In this document: one piece after another, positions 1 through 16,084 of the stretch
Position numbering within the stretch: position 1 is the stretch's first letter
How the letters are laid out: each line of letters begins with the position of its first letter
Assembly (NCBI RefSeq): GCF_006345805.1
Contig: NW_021832374.1
Span: 318,343-382,342, forward strand
Reading direction: 5' to 3'
Origin: Octopus sinensis
Taxonomy: Eukaryota
Length of the DNA: 64,000 nt
Translations under genes and position numbers: made by a program
Notes under the pieces: model-generated
Seen by the model: the letters and a program-made list of their open reading frames with translations, nothing else
Database searches by the model: none
Told to the model about the DNA's origin: nothing

Positions 1-660
1 CTTTTCCAAAATCAGCAGTTGTGTCCTCGGCACCAGTCACCCAATTATCCAATAAAATCGAGTCCCCTACGGGCTCATGTTTTACCCAAATACTCTCCCA
101 GAATGAGAGACACTGACTCTGGTCAAACATAAACTGTGTATTCTTTTTCTCAGTCAAGTTTCTGTAAAACGTTAAGTTCAAAACACATATTGTCCCTCCG
201 GAATTTTTCCCTTGTTTCATGGGTTGCCAATTTTTTTGCAACAATCCTTACCTCATCCTGGATGCAGGTGACAATTCTAAATAAATCTCCTTTTTTGGCC
301 TTCCGGTATCCATATTTGCTCAAAATGTCTCTCAATTCGTCACTGAATGATTTTCTCGTTTTGTCATTATTAGTTAGTGGTGTTACCAACTCGAGTTCCT
401 TCCTAAGTTTGTCAAGCTTCGCGTTCATAATTCCAATCCACTCACTTTTTTACCGACTCGGTGGGTCAATGCATCATATGCTCGTTGGCCAGCATAGAGG
501 ATGTCGGCAATGTCATTGAGATTAGCCGGTTGATTTTCTTTCATAAATTTCCCTTAGTGGTCTGAAACTTTTCATTGAACGGCCTTGTTATATGAGGCCA
601 TTTACCGCGAGGAATCCTTCCAAATCTTTGTCTGGCAGAATGAACCACTTCTGTGGCCCA
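1..660 (-). mobile_element. Degenerate fragment (pre-RT region) of R4/Dong-like RLE non-LTR retrotransposon; runs off the window start
   Basis: ORF 150..428 (LSKYGYRKAKKGDL...KFRRDNMCFELN) aligns by eye with ORF 27931..28524 (LCRYGYKKTKKGEL...QFRKDNQCFELN) of the full element at 25598-29216. Confidence 0.75.
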
Positions 661-877
661 CTGAATCTTATCGGAACTTTAAATTTGGCAATGTAGAAAA
701 TTACTTTATAAGTTTTTATAAAAAATTCTATTGTAGTAATGTTATTTTTATGAAAAATAAATGTCACTTTCGGTTAGCGTGGCAATACTATTTGTATTGA
801 CAAAAGTCGGAATGCACCGAGGATGTGAAATCAGGAATCACATTTGCCAATATTGGACATGGGAGGCAATTTATATA

Positions 878-2545
878 GAAGAAGAAGAATATGGTTTATT
901 TAATACAATAGGTCCAAAAGAAAAGTGGCCGAGGAATTAGAGCTTAGGGGGCGTGATAACGAGAGCCACGAAGGTCTCAACTTCGGTTTTGCCCCAGGAG
1001 ACTGTCTTATCTCCCTCAGCGAATTCGAGTTTTTGCCAGGATCGCGTCAATCGTGTCAACACTCCGCTCATGCAGGTCTTCCAGCGGACTGCTGAGCTCC
1101 AGGCCGAATGCCAGTTTGATGGCAAATCGTCTGGTTTTTTCGAGTTTGGCGATTAGAAGGTCCCTTTCATCAGTTTGGTACCAGCCCTCCGAGCCATAGA
1201 TTATTAGTGGCTGAACACAAGTCTGGTAGATGTGTAGAAACGTTTCTGCGCTTAGACAAAAACGCCTTAGTCCTTTTAGGATTTTCGCTCCTTGTTTCCG
1301 CTTTGCATGCACATGGGGTTTGTATGACCCGGTGGGGTCTATAGTTACTCCCAGGTAACGTAGGTTCTTCGATATAATCAGGTTCCCATAATCCTCGAAA
1401 GTCGGTTTTTTTGTCACGACCCATTGAAATCCAACAAATGGTACTTTTGTCCAGAGCGAGATTCAAGCCTTTACCATTGCACCAGATTTCAAGTTCCTCC
1501 AAGTACGGTTCTAGTCTGCTCCAGGACAACCTTCTTCTGTGTCGGGGTCCCCACATCGAGACATCCGTAACCAAGATATCGTCCGCGTAGATAATTAGTC
1601 TGCTCGTAGGAAAATGTGGTTTCGGGACGTCGGCCAGAAATATATTAAAGAGCAAGGGGCTGAGAACCGATCCCTGAGGAACACCTCTCCTCAGATTCAC
1701 GGCCTTCGATAGCAAATTTCCACAACGAATGAACGATTTTCTCTCGCACAAGAAGTCCTTAAGCCATCTGACAGTTTTTCGCCCAGCACCCAACTCCGCT
1801 ACTTTATCTAACAACCCCAAGTGCCAGACACTGTCAAAGGCCTTGCAGACGTCCAGGCAGACCGCCGTTAGGCAGGCTTTATGGAGTTTGGCCCGAGACA
1901 GTTCTTCCTCAAGAAGCGAGAAACAGTGACCGGTTGATCGACCAGGTCTAAAACCCCACTGTTCCTCCGCGAGTATATTATTTTGTTCCACGTAAGCCGA
2001 TAAATGATTGAAAATAATTCTTTCCATTATCCTCGACGTTGTGCAGATAAGGCTAATTGGCCTATAACTTCCTGCCTGCGTCTTTGGTTTTCCAGGTTTT
2101 GGGATCATTCGGACGATTGTTCGTTTCCAGCTAGATGGGACGTGACCATTGTCCCAAATGGCATTGAATAGTTTCACCAGAATACGAAGCAAGCATCCGG
2201 GTGCCTTCTTGAACACCTCCATAGGGATAAAGTCAAATCCAGGAGCGTTGTTCTTGCAACCTCTGATTGCTTCGAACGTCTCTTCCGTGGTTATTTCCCT
2301 GCACAAGAGTCCATCCAAAACAAGTTTTGAGCGGGAATTTCGGGTCGACTCCTCAAATATTTTCAGAGGCAGGATAGACGAAGGGTCCACCTCCTGAATC
2401 CCTGCTAGCTGCTGGCGGAAGACCTCCGGGACTTCCTCAGTAGGAACAAAGCCTCCATCCACCGATTTAAGAATGATTTCTTCTCCTTTCGCCTCCGTCC
2501 CGTTCATTATTTTGTATAGTTTCCAGAATATTCGAAAGTTGATCA
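878..2545 (-). mobile_element. 5'-truncated non-LTR retrotransposon (jockey/I-group-like RT), frameshifted
   Basis: RT motifs APGFD, YRPISL, QWGFRPGRST, DVCKAFDSV, GVPQGSVLSPLLF, YADD; YLGV in a shifted frame (1016..1417); 3' end has AATAAA and a (TTC)n tail near 878-900. Confidence 0.9.
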
Positions 2546-2991
2546 AAATTCAAAGAGGATCCTTAATTAAAAAGATAAACTCAAAAGTCTTAAAAAAACT
2601 CTTTTTAGCAGCGTGAACCACCCCCGCATATTGACGTGTCGTCGTAATCAAAGTGGCTTAATGATGGGAATAACTCTTTCTGATCAGAAGCGTTATTCTA
2701 AGATGCAGATCCTTTCCTGATATTTGGTACTTGTCGTTGTAATTTGCTATTTCTCTTCTGGTGCCAGGAGTTTGTCAAAATAACCCTACATGCTTAGTTA
2801 TTGGAAAACTTAAATTTTTTATTTCTAAACTATCTTCTTGGTGGTTATCTCGCCATAATCTCAATTACGTGTTTTATCGAATATATTTGTTATGTATTCT
2901 CAATTACAGCCAAAGTTTTTTGGTGGTTAATTTAAAAACACGTTAAAGAAACATACGTTTGTAAGTTATAACCAAAACGTTTCATTAGTAA

Positions 2992-4179
<1,188 letters not shown>

Positions 4180-5149
4180 TGATAAGAAATAGGTTAGATA
4201 TGTAGTTCAAATATTTTATTAGTTTTTAGCCAAACAAAAAATAAACCATTAAATACCAATAAAATAAATAATTTTTTAGGGTTTTAGGAAATCTGCAATT
4301 TCTTCGTTCTTTCGATCCCATTGATCACGACAAATCTTGTACAGCACAGGAAACAATAAGAGTTATTAGTTTGGTCCATTTCCTTTTATCTAAGTCTTTC
4401 CCTAGACTCCGAAGGTCTCTATCTATTATCTATATTGTTAGTAAAATAACATATTACGGGTTTCATTAGAAGAATATGAATTTCGCGTTATTCTCGTGTC
4501 CAATTCGACCGTTATTTTATTTGAAAATTCTACACGAAAATTACGACGAATAAGCTGGATAAGTATTGGAAAAAATATCATTGATATATGTAAGCAAAAT
4601 ATATTACTCTGGAACGCAAATTATTTTCTATTATTAATTTTTTGACCAGATGACCAAAACAACCATCATCCAGAAAACCCGATGGCAATGGTGAATCCAA
4701 AAATCCAGGTATGATGCTATCGTGGTTATCTAAATTTATAATAAAAAAGACATATTACGGATTTCATAAAGATTGTCTGTTTTCATAAGGAGTGTTTTTG
4801 TTAGTCTTGTGTATTACGCGAGTACGACTCCATTCGGGTACGAGATGACCACGACCGTTGTTTTACTTTGAAAATTCTACACAAAAATTACGAATTAATG
4901 ACCCACTAATTCTAAAATTATTTTCAGCATAACACGTTATAGCGTTATTAAATATAGTTTATTTTCAGCTATAGTTAAACATTAATAATGACTCAATATT
5001 GAAAAATCTAGTTGGTTTTAAGAAGAGATTAAAGAAATATTCAAAAGTTTCTAAAAGTATTGCCTTGCCTGCTTTCAAAAACAGCGAAATTAACAAATAT
5101 TGATTCCGACAATTCAAACAATGATTTTTATTAAACATTAATCTTTTAG

Positions 5150-5340
5150 TCCTCTACTAATGCCTATTACCATGGTATCTGCTTTTTCTTTGTTTCCGGT
5201 CCTATCTGTTTTGAATTTCCCAATCACACGCTTCTAACATGTTTTTAATCATTAATCTCTTCAAAGATAATAATAACTCCTCCAACACCAAAATTCAAAA
5301 GCATCAATTTTTCATCTATTCGCCTTTTCAGTATTCATAT
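5150..5340 (-). mobile_element. Short degenerate RTE-clade 3' remnant
   Basis: Minus strand encodes KIDAFEFWCWR, resembling the RTE/BovB C-terminal RIDAFELWCWRR motif; stops present. Confidence 0.45.
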
Positions 5341-5779
5341 TTAAGCGCCGTATATAAAAATTCTAAAATTATTTTCAACATAACACGTTGTAACGTTATT
5401 AAATATAGTTTATTTTCCGCCATTGTTAAACATTAATAATGACTCAATACTGAAAGTTTAGTTGGTTTTAAGAAAAGAGATTAAAGAAATATTCGAAAGT
5501 TTCTGAAAGTATTGCCTTGCCAGTCTGATTCGGTTTAAGCAAATATCTCTGCTTTTCCATATATTATTTTTCTTTATAATTTCTTCAGAATTTTATACAA
5601 AAGTTAAAAAACTAAAGATCCTTAAGAATCGACGAGTAAGTAGAAATTTAAAAAATCTCTTATTGTGCTACAAAAGGCACAATTGTAAAATACACAATCA
5701 AAAATGAATGGCCATTTCTTTCAAAAATAAATTTTGAATTTACTACCGGACAAGTATAAACAATATTTACTTATAGATT

Positions 5780-6135
5780 TAAGAATACTGGCATTCCTAT
5801 ATGAACTAACAAAGCAAGTCTCTCGTTTGAAACGCCACTTTTCGGCAACCATGCTCCCCAAGACTTGCAGCAACCCGGCTTCGGCAGTGCTAAAGCCGAA
5901 GAGTCAACGAGGACAAAATACATATTTATTCCGGACTCTTTTGAGCTATGCCTCCTTGCTTTCACAAACTCAGGAATCTTAGAAAAGTCGGCAATTCAAC
6001 TACTCACTGACATTAGTAGGAGAATCTCCTCGAGAACAAACGACCGGGAGGGGACTAGCTGGTTTTTTCAGCGAACCTCGGTGACCGTGCTTAGTGGACC
6101 CTCTCGACTGCTATTTCAGCCACTTACGTAGGTAG
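5780..6135 (+). mobile_element. CRE-like non-LTR element, C-terminal restriction-like endonuclease fragment
   Basis: AKAEESTRTKY...AFTNSGIL...ISRRISSRTNDREGTSWFFQRTSV matches the AExxKxxKY...ETxG...R...WLFQRLS pattern also seen at 60016-60455. Confidence 0.7.
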
Positions 6136-6203
6136 CATCTAACTTTGTTGAAAGAAAAAACATATTTCCTGAACTAAATAGTAAATAATTATATATTTAA
6201 AAT

Positions 6204-6598
6204 TTATTTTTTCAAAAATAGTTTTTTATCTTTAATAAATTCGGAGATCATTTTCAGGACTTGATTATCGAATTGAGGAGGTGGTTTGCTCCTCCCTGAA
6301 TTCAAAAAAAGAAATATAAACCCACAACCCAACAATAAAGTTCTATTTCACTGTCAGTAGAATTTAATAAATCACTGAATTGATTTAATTGTTCATCTGT
6401 CATTTTATTAATATATTCGAGGGCAAACTTGCTGAAATATATTTGGGAATAATACCTCATTATTAAATCATTTTCCAGCGTTCCCCTCTTTCCTGCCTGA
6501 TAAACAAGTCTACTTCTTATCCTGTTCTTTATTTGGCACAAGCTACGTATATTATGTGAATTAAAAAATAAAGTTCGTAACGTGCCACCACCAAACAT
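6204..6598 (-). CDS. SDHAF2: Succinate dehydrogenase assembly factor 2 (Sdh5 family), mitochondrial
   Basis: RSRLVYQAGKRGTLENDLI...LNQFSDLLN...ELYCWVV|GRSKPPPQFDNQVLKMI; two short introns. Confidence 0.9.
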
Positions 6599-6898
6599 AA
6601 AATAAATAAAAATAAATAAATTATTTTATTATAAATAATGAAAAAGATATTATTTTATTTTTATATAAAAATATTGCTCAAATTTTTTAAATTTTTAGAC
6701 GGAAATGTTTAGTTTTGAATTGACTGATAAAAATTATCATTCAGAATATTTGTCAGTTTTTACAGTGAATTGTTAGAATGTTTGAAACTAATATAATAAT
6801 AAATATTTTTATTATATTAATTACTAACAATTTAGAATATAAATAAAAATTATATAGGTTACTGTCCCATTTAGTGTTGTTCTGGTGATTACAGATAT

Positions 6899-7793
6899 AT
6901 GGATTATCCTGCAGATACTGACAACTATTACGATTTTACTGAAAAGTCAGTCCGACAAGGTAACTTAATTATTATTCTAATATAGGATTTATAAGAAAAG
7001 TGTATTCCATCTTGACAATCCAGTTAATATATACTATTGGAGTGATATCCTTCTGCATATTCCAGTATAATTTATATCATAAATATGCCAGAGAGAGTGT
7101 AAGGGATTACCTCAATCAAAATCCATGGTTTATGTATACTAATCTGTATTTATAAACCTTTTATTTATAGGGCTTTGATGGTTGTTTTTATGCTTGCCAT
7201 TTCCTGCTTTAGAAATAATGTGAGAAAAGTGCCGAGAAATTACATAATGCTATCCTTCTTTGTATTCGGTTTTGTCTATTTTAGACATTTTTCTTTGCAA
7301 ACTACCTCGGAGCTGTCAGTAGGTTTGTTTTTTAGTATTTGTATCTCTCTGAGTTGTATTTTTGATATTTTCAGTTTTTACTCAATTATGGCCGTTCTGC
7401 TGTCTATTGGGATCACAGCTGTTGTGGTTGTTGGATTGACTATTTTCAGTTTCCAGACCAAAGTAGACCAGTTGGCTTATTGTAGATTGATTTTACGAAA
7501 ACATCAGGCGCTGCCTTCTGTCTTTTGATAGTTCTGATTATATTTGGACTTATTTTTCCAATTTCTGGTGTTCCAATTCTTCACAAAGTGTATTCCTGTA
7601 TTGCGGCTTTGCTTTTTTCGTGGGTTGGTGATTTGGTGCTTTGTGTTAGTATATTGTAATTGACACACAAATGGTTATGGATGGACAGAAAAAGTACACC
7701 ATTTCCCCCGAGGACTACGTTTATGCTGCACTCAATTTATATGTCGACATTGTCAACTTATTCCTTATCGTCCTTAGTTTTTTTAATGAATAA
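6899..7793 (+). CDS. Lifeguard / TMBIM (Bax inhibitor-1 superfamily) membrane protein; multi-exon
   Basis: FTEKSVRQ|GFIRKVYSILTIQL; RKVPRNY; TIFSFQTK|DFT; IDTQMVM..KYTISPEDYVYAALNLYVDIVNLFL; first intron 6960-6985 (26 nt). Confidence 0.9.
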
Positions 7794-8049
7794 TTACTAA
7801 TCTTTCGTTTATTTGTAACACTTTGTGTTTTGGTGTAGAGAAACTGTTTAGTAAATTATGAACTAATCAACTTTGATGTGGAAAGAGACTATTCGAGTAA
7901 ACGCGCTAAGCAGCAAAGTAGTATCAACAAAGAGTCAATCTGTCCTTTTTTTCATTTTATTGTATTCTATTCCACGCTCGGAAATCTGGTCGTCTTTGCG
8001 TTTAATGTAATGAGTATTTTTATCTTTTATGTGTGAAACTCACAAAGCG

Positions 8050-9600
8050 TGATTTGGCGTCAATATTTGCATAAAAGTGTCCCAAATGTATTCTACACCC
8101 TTTCAGAGGTCCCTAAGATGACAGGACTTGTCCAACTGGTTCTGTTGATCCCCTCTGGATATCAACTTATTAAACTGTCTCGTCTAATCAGTTTTGTCTC
8201 ACTTACGCTCGGAACCCCCTCTCGCATTGGGGAAATCCACTCCCTCTCTCGACATTGATCAAAGAGAGCATTAAAAATATCTTTTTGTACCCAATAACAA
8301 TCTTTCCAGAAGTTGTCCACAAACGTCTTCAAAAGTGCAAAAATAACCTAAAAAGAACATTCCACACGGTCTGGAAAACACCCTGAATGAACTTGTCAGT
8401 ATCAAACTAGCCGAAGGTGACGTCCGTGCTGCGATTCGCACAGTTTCAAACGACGACACAGTGGTAAATCAGAGTGCTGATGTCCTTGTCCACTTGAGAT
8501 CAAAACATCCAGACCCTCCTCCTGATGTACGACCTCGCCCATCTGTGCCTTCCACCCTCAACCCCTCAGAAGAAGAAATCAGAATTTCAATCAAATTATT
8601 CGGGAAGAGCAGCTTACTCGATGGCTTAGGCTCGGGCCATATCAAGAAACTCACTTCTCCCTCAACTGGAAAGGCAGGTAATGCTCTGATCTCTGCTATA
8701 CCCGCTCTAATCGGTAAGATCCCACACTTTGCGAGGAACATGCTCTACTTGCATTCCGGGAAAAGGACGGCGGAATCCGTCCCATAGCAGTTGGAAACTA
8801 CTTCCGCCGCCCGAATTTCCTCCTTTCCAACTGGGGATTGCCAACGGTTGCAAAACCGCAGTTCACGCTGCCAGAAGCCTTTTCTCTTGCCTTTTCTCTT
8901 CTAACGGAGCGCTCAGCTCCCTCCACGCAGTTGTGAAGCTCGATTTACGCAACGCCTTCAACCGTATAAGGAGAGATCAGATCCTCGAGGCTTGCCTTAA
9001 AAGAGCTCCGGATATCGCCCAGTTGGTTTTCCTTTCCTACAGCTAAGAAAGCACGCTTATCTTTGGGAACCAAGTCGTCCTCTCATAGACAGGAGTTCAG
9101 CACGGTGACCCAGTCGGGCCGCTCCTCTTCGCCCTTGCAATCGATGATGCCGTACACTCCCTAAACTCTCTTTTCAACTTATGGTACTTGTATGATGCAT
9201 TGAGTCCATTTTCAAGACCTCTCACATCTCATTCCTGTCCTTGGACACTTCGGGCTATAATTAAATGAAGGAAAATGAAAACTTTTGAATATCAATTATC
9301 CTCAGACAAATTTTCTCGATTTGAGAAAATCAATAACCGATTTTATTTCCAGAGTTCAGACTGCCAACATGTCCGAAGTCACAATTCTCGGCTGCCCTCT
9401 CAGCCCATCTGGACTAAGGGCCCACCTGGCTAAGAAGGAACTGGATTCCGTCATCTCACAAACAAGCTTCTGACATTGGACTCGTACATCGCCTTCTTCC
9501 TCATGAAAAGCAGAATGCACATGCCGAAACTGCTATACATGCTCCGCTGCCTGACATGTTATCTTCTATGAAAACCTCCCTGAAATCGTCCAAGGAAGCA
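8050..9600 (+). mobile_element. Degenerate CRE-clade non-LTR retrotransposon (RT region)
   Basis: Across frames: KLAEGDVRAAIR, LRSKHP, KDGGIRPIAVG, QLG..GCKTAVHAAR, KLDLRNAFN, GVQHGDPVGPLLFALAI, WYLYD, ILGCPL; many stops and frameshifts. Confidence 0.85.
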
Positions 9601-11269
9601 GTTCTTAACCTGACGGAAAGTTTTCATTTGGTCCAACCGATAAAATTAAATGACTATGCCACCTAATGTTTGTAGTAAGAATATTATTTCTATCTATAAT
9701 TTGAGTATTCAGTCGCTATTTAGTCGTGTTCATATTGCTCCACGTCTTGATTGAATGATGGTTGCTGATTCACCTCAATTAATGTATTGTATTTCTGGTT
9801 TTGTTTAACACAAATATGGTGAATTTATTTGAGATTTTGATTCTTGTGTTGTGTCTATGTGTATTTCCATGTGATTTTTTACTAACTACACATTTAGTTT
9901 TAGATTTTTATTTTGCATTGTCTACAAAGATGAAAATGGGCGTGTTTTAGCCATCATTGTTGATCATTTCTGCCACATCTATTTGCAACATTTTTTTGTA
10001 CAGTTGGGTGATTAAAACATGTACCTTTGTCGGTAGGGCAAACACAAAGTTGACCTAAAAAATCAAAAATTTATCTTTAAAAATACTAAATTGATTTAAA
10101 AAAGAAAGTTGATTAAAATGTAGATCTAAAAACAGGTGATAATTTTGTTCGAAATTGCAATTATAATGAATCATAGAATATTCGACTCTTTTTGTTTTAA
10201 AATTTAAGTCTTTTGTAAAAATTTTATAAAACAAACGCTCCACCGAGTATGTAGTGTCCTGGGATTAAAGTAGTCGCAATTTTTCCAAAAGCGAATGATT
10301 TTCATCTCTGTTAACAATTTTCAAATTCCATTTAAATTCATTCTTTTGTTAGAATATTTGTTTATTTTAAAATTATTTTCGATTAGATCGAGTTTTCAAA
10401 TATTGTAAGCTTCCTGGATAGAATAGTTAGTAGACTCAATATCACGAAGAGTATTAACACTGGAGAATTTTTATTTCGTATTTCATTACGAGAACTGCTT
10501 ATTTACAAGAACAGAATTTATTAAAAAACGAATTTGGTGTATGAGCCAACTTCTCTGTGTACAAGTAAAATAACCACAGTGGGACAATGACATTGTACAA
10601 AACGATATAATTCATGAATGAGGTGCCAATAGTGCTGGAATTTTTAACTACATAATCTAGAATACTATTATATTTAGGATTCAAAATATTGTTTTCTAAA
10701 TGAATATATCAAAGATTCAAATCAGTATTTAAATTCAAAAATGTATGTTAAATTTTTTAAATTTTGCGTAAATAAAAAGATAATCGCCGTTGCTTGTTAT
10801 TTCAGGAAATAAAAGATTTCATTATTTACAAAGATACAATGAAGTCTTTCGTATCATGAACGTTTACTGGTCTGTAGCACTCATTTTGTTTATGTGGACT
10901 TGACAATGTAGCAGAATACATCCGGATAGCATGATAATTTTTCCCTAATAATGCAAAAAGTCTCTTATCTCTTAAATGAGAGAGAAAAACATAAACTTTA
11001 TTGGCAAAGACACGCTCATTTATTCTTCTTTTATTTGAAAACGGCCGTGTCATTCGTAATAATGAGAAATCCATTGACTTTTATTTGTTAACAGCCAACT
11101 CTCTGATAACAGCCAACTTTGACTTTTATTTGTTTCAAAAGTTTATGAAAAAGTAAGAAGCAATTCTTTTATGGGTGGAGTCCTTAATGTTTAGTTTTTA
11201 TAAATAACTACAAATTTAAAATTCAACGAATAAACTAAAATAGAATTAAAAAATTAAAATACAATTTTA

Positions 11270-11736
11270 TTAATTTTTTATCAAAAAAATGAAACCAGAA
11301 ACTTGAACACAAAATATGAGTACAAATAACAAAATAATAATTATTTTAAAATATTTTTTGTCATGACTTGACTCTAAAATAACAAAGTTTTAAGAAACTT
11401 GATTTTATTATAATTGAAGCTCTATAAATAAATCCATCTATTGAAAGGGCACTGCATGTATACTTTCCATAATTTTCTTCACTTGCATTAAAGATTGAAG
11501 CCATCACCAAATTATTAGAAATAGACTTTGAATGTATAAATGATTTTGAGTCGGAATGTTCGATTATTAGTTCACTAACGTGTATTTCTGGAGATATTTT
11601 GCAATATACATAGAGCCTGTTGTCTTTATTATTATATGACTCCTCCTCGTATGATAAAAAAACAACTTGAATTAGACTTATATTTCCTTAAAAGTAAACT
11701 TGATGTGCTACTTATTATGAAGAAAAGAATCCACAT
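11270..11736 (-). CDS. Small Ig-like domain protein with signal peptide and probable C-terminal TM helix
   Basis: MWILFFII, 25-nt intron, then LYVYCKI...ASIFNASEENYGKYTCSA (Ig B- and F-strand cysteines). A downstream hydrophobic stretch IIIILLFVLIFCVQVSGFIFLI follows, but its splice phase is unresolved. Confidence 0.55.
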
Positions 11737-12169
11737 TAGTATTCGATTATTATTCTGTCATTTATATGGTTAATAATTAGATAAAGCGTACGATAATTGC
11801 CATTCTTCTCAATTGACAAATTGATGGCCATCAATCATACAAAATAGCATTTAACAATTAATATTTATTTAATCAGATTTTTGTCTCTACATGGTGTTTT
11901 AGATTTGCATTTGAAAGACAAGGAGAGCTACGATGGGTTTCTAGATCTTTGTTGCTTTTTCGGTAGAGAAATTCGGTTTGATGAGAGCACTAAAATTGTT
12001 ATTTTAACTATTTACGAAAAAATGTGTAAATAAACAAAAAATTTTTTATTAATTATTGTCACCGGTTGAGAATGATACCAAGCGGAGAGCATGCAGGCTG
12101 AAGAGAGGCATGGTATATCGATACTTAGTGAGGAGAAAGCTGACACGGAATGTCAACCAAGGGCAGCCT

Positions 12170-12262
12170 CAGAATGTGGAGTGTGCTTCGACGAGAACAC
12201 ACCCATACGGTCACTGGATTATGGGCCCAAAAAGAGAAGATTAAGCTAATTAATTACTTTTA
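12170..12262 (+). repeat. ~90-bp dispersed repeat (second copy 30861-30948), possibly a retroelement 3' end
   Basis: gtggagtgtgcttcgacgagaacacaccca...gggcccaaaaagagaagattaagctaattaattacttt is nearly identical at both sites. Confidence 0.8.
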
Positions 12263-12377
12263 AGAAATTGTGATTTTTGAATAATTTTATTATATAGAAA
12301 ATATTAATATATCCAAAATCTGATCAAGTGACTCTCGTCCGGCGTGAATCACGTCTGGACTGTGACAGTTGTCGTAA

Positions 12378-13565
<1,188 letters not shown>

Positions 13566-14385
13566 TGATAAGAAATAGGTTAGATATGTAGTTCAAATAT
13601 TTTATTAGTTTTTAGCCAAACAAAAAATAAACCATTAAATACCAATAAAATAAATAATTTTTAGGGTTTTAGGAAATCTGCAATTTCTTCGTTCTTTCGA
13701 TCCCATTGATCACGACAAATCTTGTACAGCACAGGAAACAATAAGAGTTATTAGTTTGGTCCATTTCCTTTTATCTAAGTCTTTCCCTAGACTCCGAAGG
13801 TCTCTATCTATTATCTATATTGTTAGTAAAATAACATATTACGGGTTTCATTAGAAGAATATGAATTTCGCGTTATTCTCGTGTCCAATGCGACCGTTAT
13901 TTTATTTGAAAATTCTACACGAAAATTACGACGAATAAGCTGGATAAGTATTGGAAAAAATATCATTGATATATGTAAGCAAAATATATGACTCTAGAAC
14001 GCCAAATTATTTTCTATTATCAATTTTTTGACCAGATGACGAAAACAGCCATCATCCAGAAAACCCGATGGCAATGGTGAATCCAAAAATCCAGGTTTTA
14101 TGCCATCGTGGTCATCTAAATTTACAATAAAAAAGGCATATTACGGATTTCCTAAAGATTGTCTGTTTTCATAAGAAGTGTTTTTGTTAGTCTTGTGTAT
14201 GACACGAGTACGACTTCATTCGGGTACGAGATGACCACGCCCGTTGTTTTAATTTGAAAATTCTACACAAAAATTACGATTTGAAAGTTTCTAAAAGTAT
14301 TGCCTTGCCTGCTTTCAAAAACAGCGAAATTAACAAATATTGATTCCGACAATTCAAACCTTGATTTTTATTAAACATTAATCTT

Positions 14386-14644
14386 GGCTGAAGACTAAGC
14401 TATGGATAATGGATCTGGACAGTCGTGAGTTCGATTCCGAAGGAGGCTAGTTTTCATCCGGGGGTCAATCGGGTGCGCTCAGTCCAAAGACTGAAAAGTT
14501 CCTCCGCAAGCTCGGAGCCAAAATCTCAATGCGCACTCACGATCCTCGGGAGGTGGACTGGCTATTGCCACGTTTCTCGATCGCCGTTATTCGGAGAAAC
14601 AGTTTGGCAATCCGCCAGGCTGCTAGCCTTCCCTTCGTTTAATC
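14386..14644 (+). mobile_element. CRE-like element 3' fragment (duplicated at 33597-33800)
   Basis: SGALSPKTEKFLRKLGAKISMRTHDPREVDWLLPRFSIAVIRRNS. Confidence 0.7.
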
Positions 14645-16000
14645 CAGGGGTGCGCAAGCTTTTTGGGTTCGGGGCCGCATAGCATATTTTTTTCCTTCTC
14701 TTCCACGGCCGCACATTTTCTGCATTATTTTTTCGATATTAATATAGTAATTTTTTTTAATTATTAAAAGTGACCGCATAAGTTGCCCATTGTCATCGAG
14801 ACCGAATGAGTTCTTGGACAGGAAATGCTCTCGTTCATCAGGAACATCATATTATTAAAATAAATAATTATTTCATGGACAAAAGATAAGAAAGAAGGAA
14901 AGTTAATTAAAAGAAATGTATTATACAAGTTATTCTAATGACGGCCAGGATCTTTGGTATTTTTTGCGAGCTTATTGAAATCCACTGGTAGGGTAGATAT
15001 CATTATGCGCAAACATGACTCTACGTTTGCATCCGTTATCCGAGATCTATATTGACTTTTTAAATATTTCATTTTGGAAAATGTAGACTCACATAAATAT
15101 GTGCTTCCGAATAAAACGAGAATATTTCTTGCCATTTCACGTAAATTTGGATAATCTGTCGCTGATTTCCATACATCCAACAAATCTTCGCTTTCATTAA
15201 ATTTATTTATCAAAATTAAATCATTTTTTAATTTCAATAATTCAATTTGAAATTCCAATGGCGCATTCTCAATCGAAACATTATGTGGTTCTGCAGTTAA
15301 TTAAAGTTTGAGTTCAATTTTTTTAAATTCGTTAAATCGCTCTTCAAATTGTTTCAAAATATAATCGAATATAGTATTAAATGTATTTGGTGTAAGATCG
15401 TCATAATTAATTATTTTGTCATCAATAAGATGTTTGACTTTTTGAGAATGAAATAATTCATTTTTTTCTATGTGAATCTTCAGTAGGCGGCATGTATCCA
15501 TAAAATCGTTAATTTTTTTTATACATTCGACAAATTATTTGGTCTTTACCTTGCTAAGATATATTCAAATTATTGATATGAACAAAGTGCTTGTTGGTGA
15601 AATGAAAAAGAAAATAATTGTGTTTTAAAAAATTCAAAATAAGTAAAAAAACGATAAAAGAAATAAAATCGGAAAATATCACAAAAATGATGAAATTTCA
15701 AATAATTTAACTATTAAAAGAAACTACATCCCAAAATATTCCTTTGAATCCAATTAAATATATAAATAAAGGTAAACCAAATAAAAACAACAGCGGTACA
15801 TAATGCAAATAAATTAAGCCGTTTATGAAAATTACCTTTAATAAAGGTTAACCATTATATAAAAATAGAATTTTATTTAATATGAATATTTTTAATTATT
15901 ATTTAGGGTTTTTCTTGATTAATTAACACTATGAGCATTATATTTAAGATTAGTTGCTCGATGACCTAATTGTGCCCACGGCCGCACTTGCGCACCCCTG
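14645..16000 (-). mobile_element. hAT (Buster/SPIN-like) DNA transposon, internally deleted
   Basis: TIRs caggggtgcgcaag / cttgcgcacccctg; 8-bp TSD gtttaatc (14637-14644 and 16001-16008); hAT dimerization motif FGSTYLCESTFSKMKYLKSQYRSRITD. Confidence 0.95.
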
Positions 16001-16084
16001 GTTTAATCGATATTAATTGATAACGAATCATTCAATAAATGGGGTGCGTTTACCATCTAAAAAATTATAAAATCATTTTAATAA

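Noticed and set aside
10499-10684. P4-ATPase-like motif YIVLYNVIVPL
   Set aside because: No DKTGT or other P-type ATPase motifs were found nearby; at most a short remnant.
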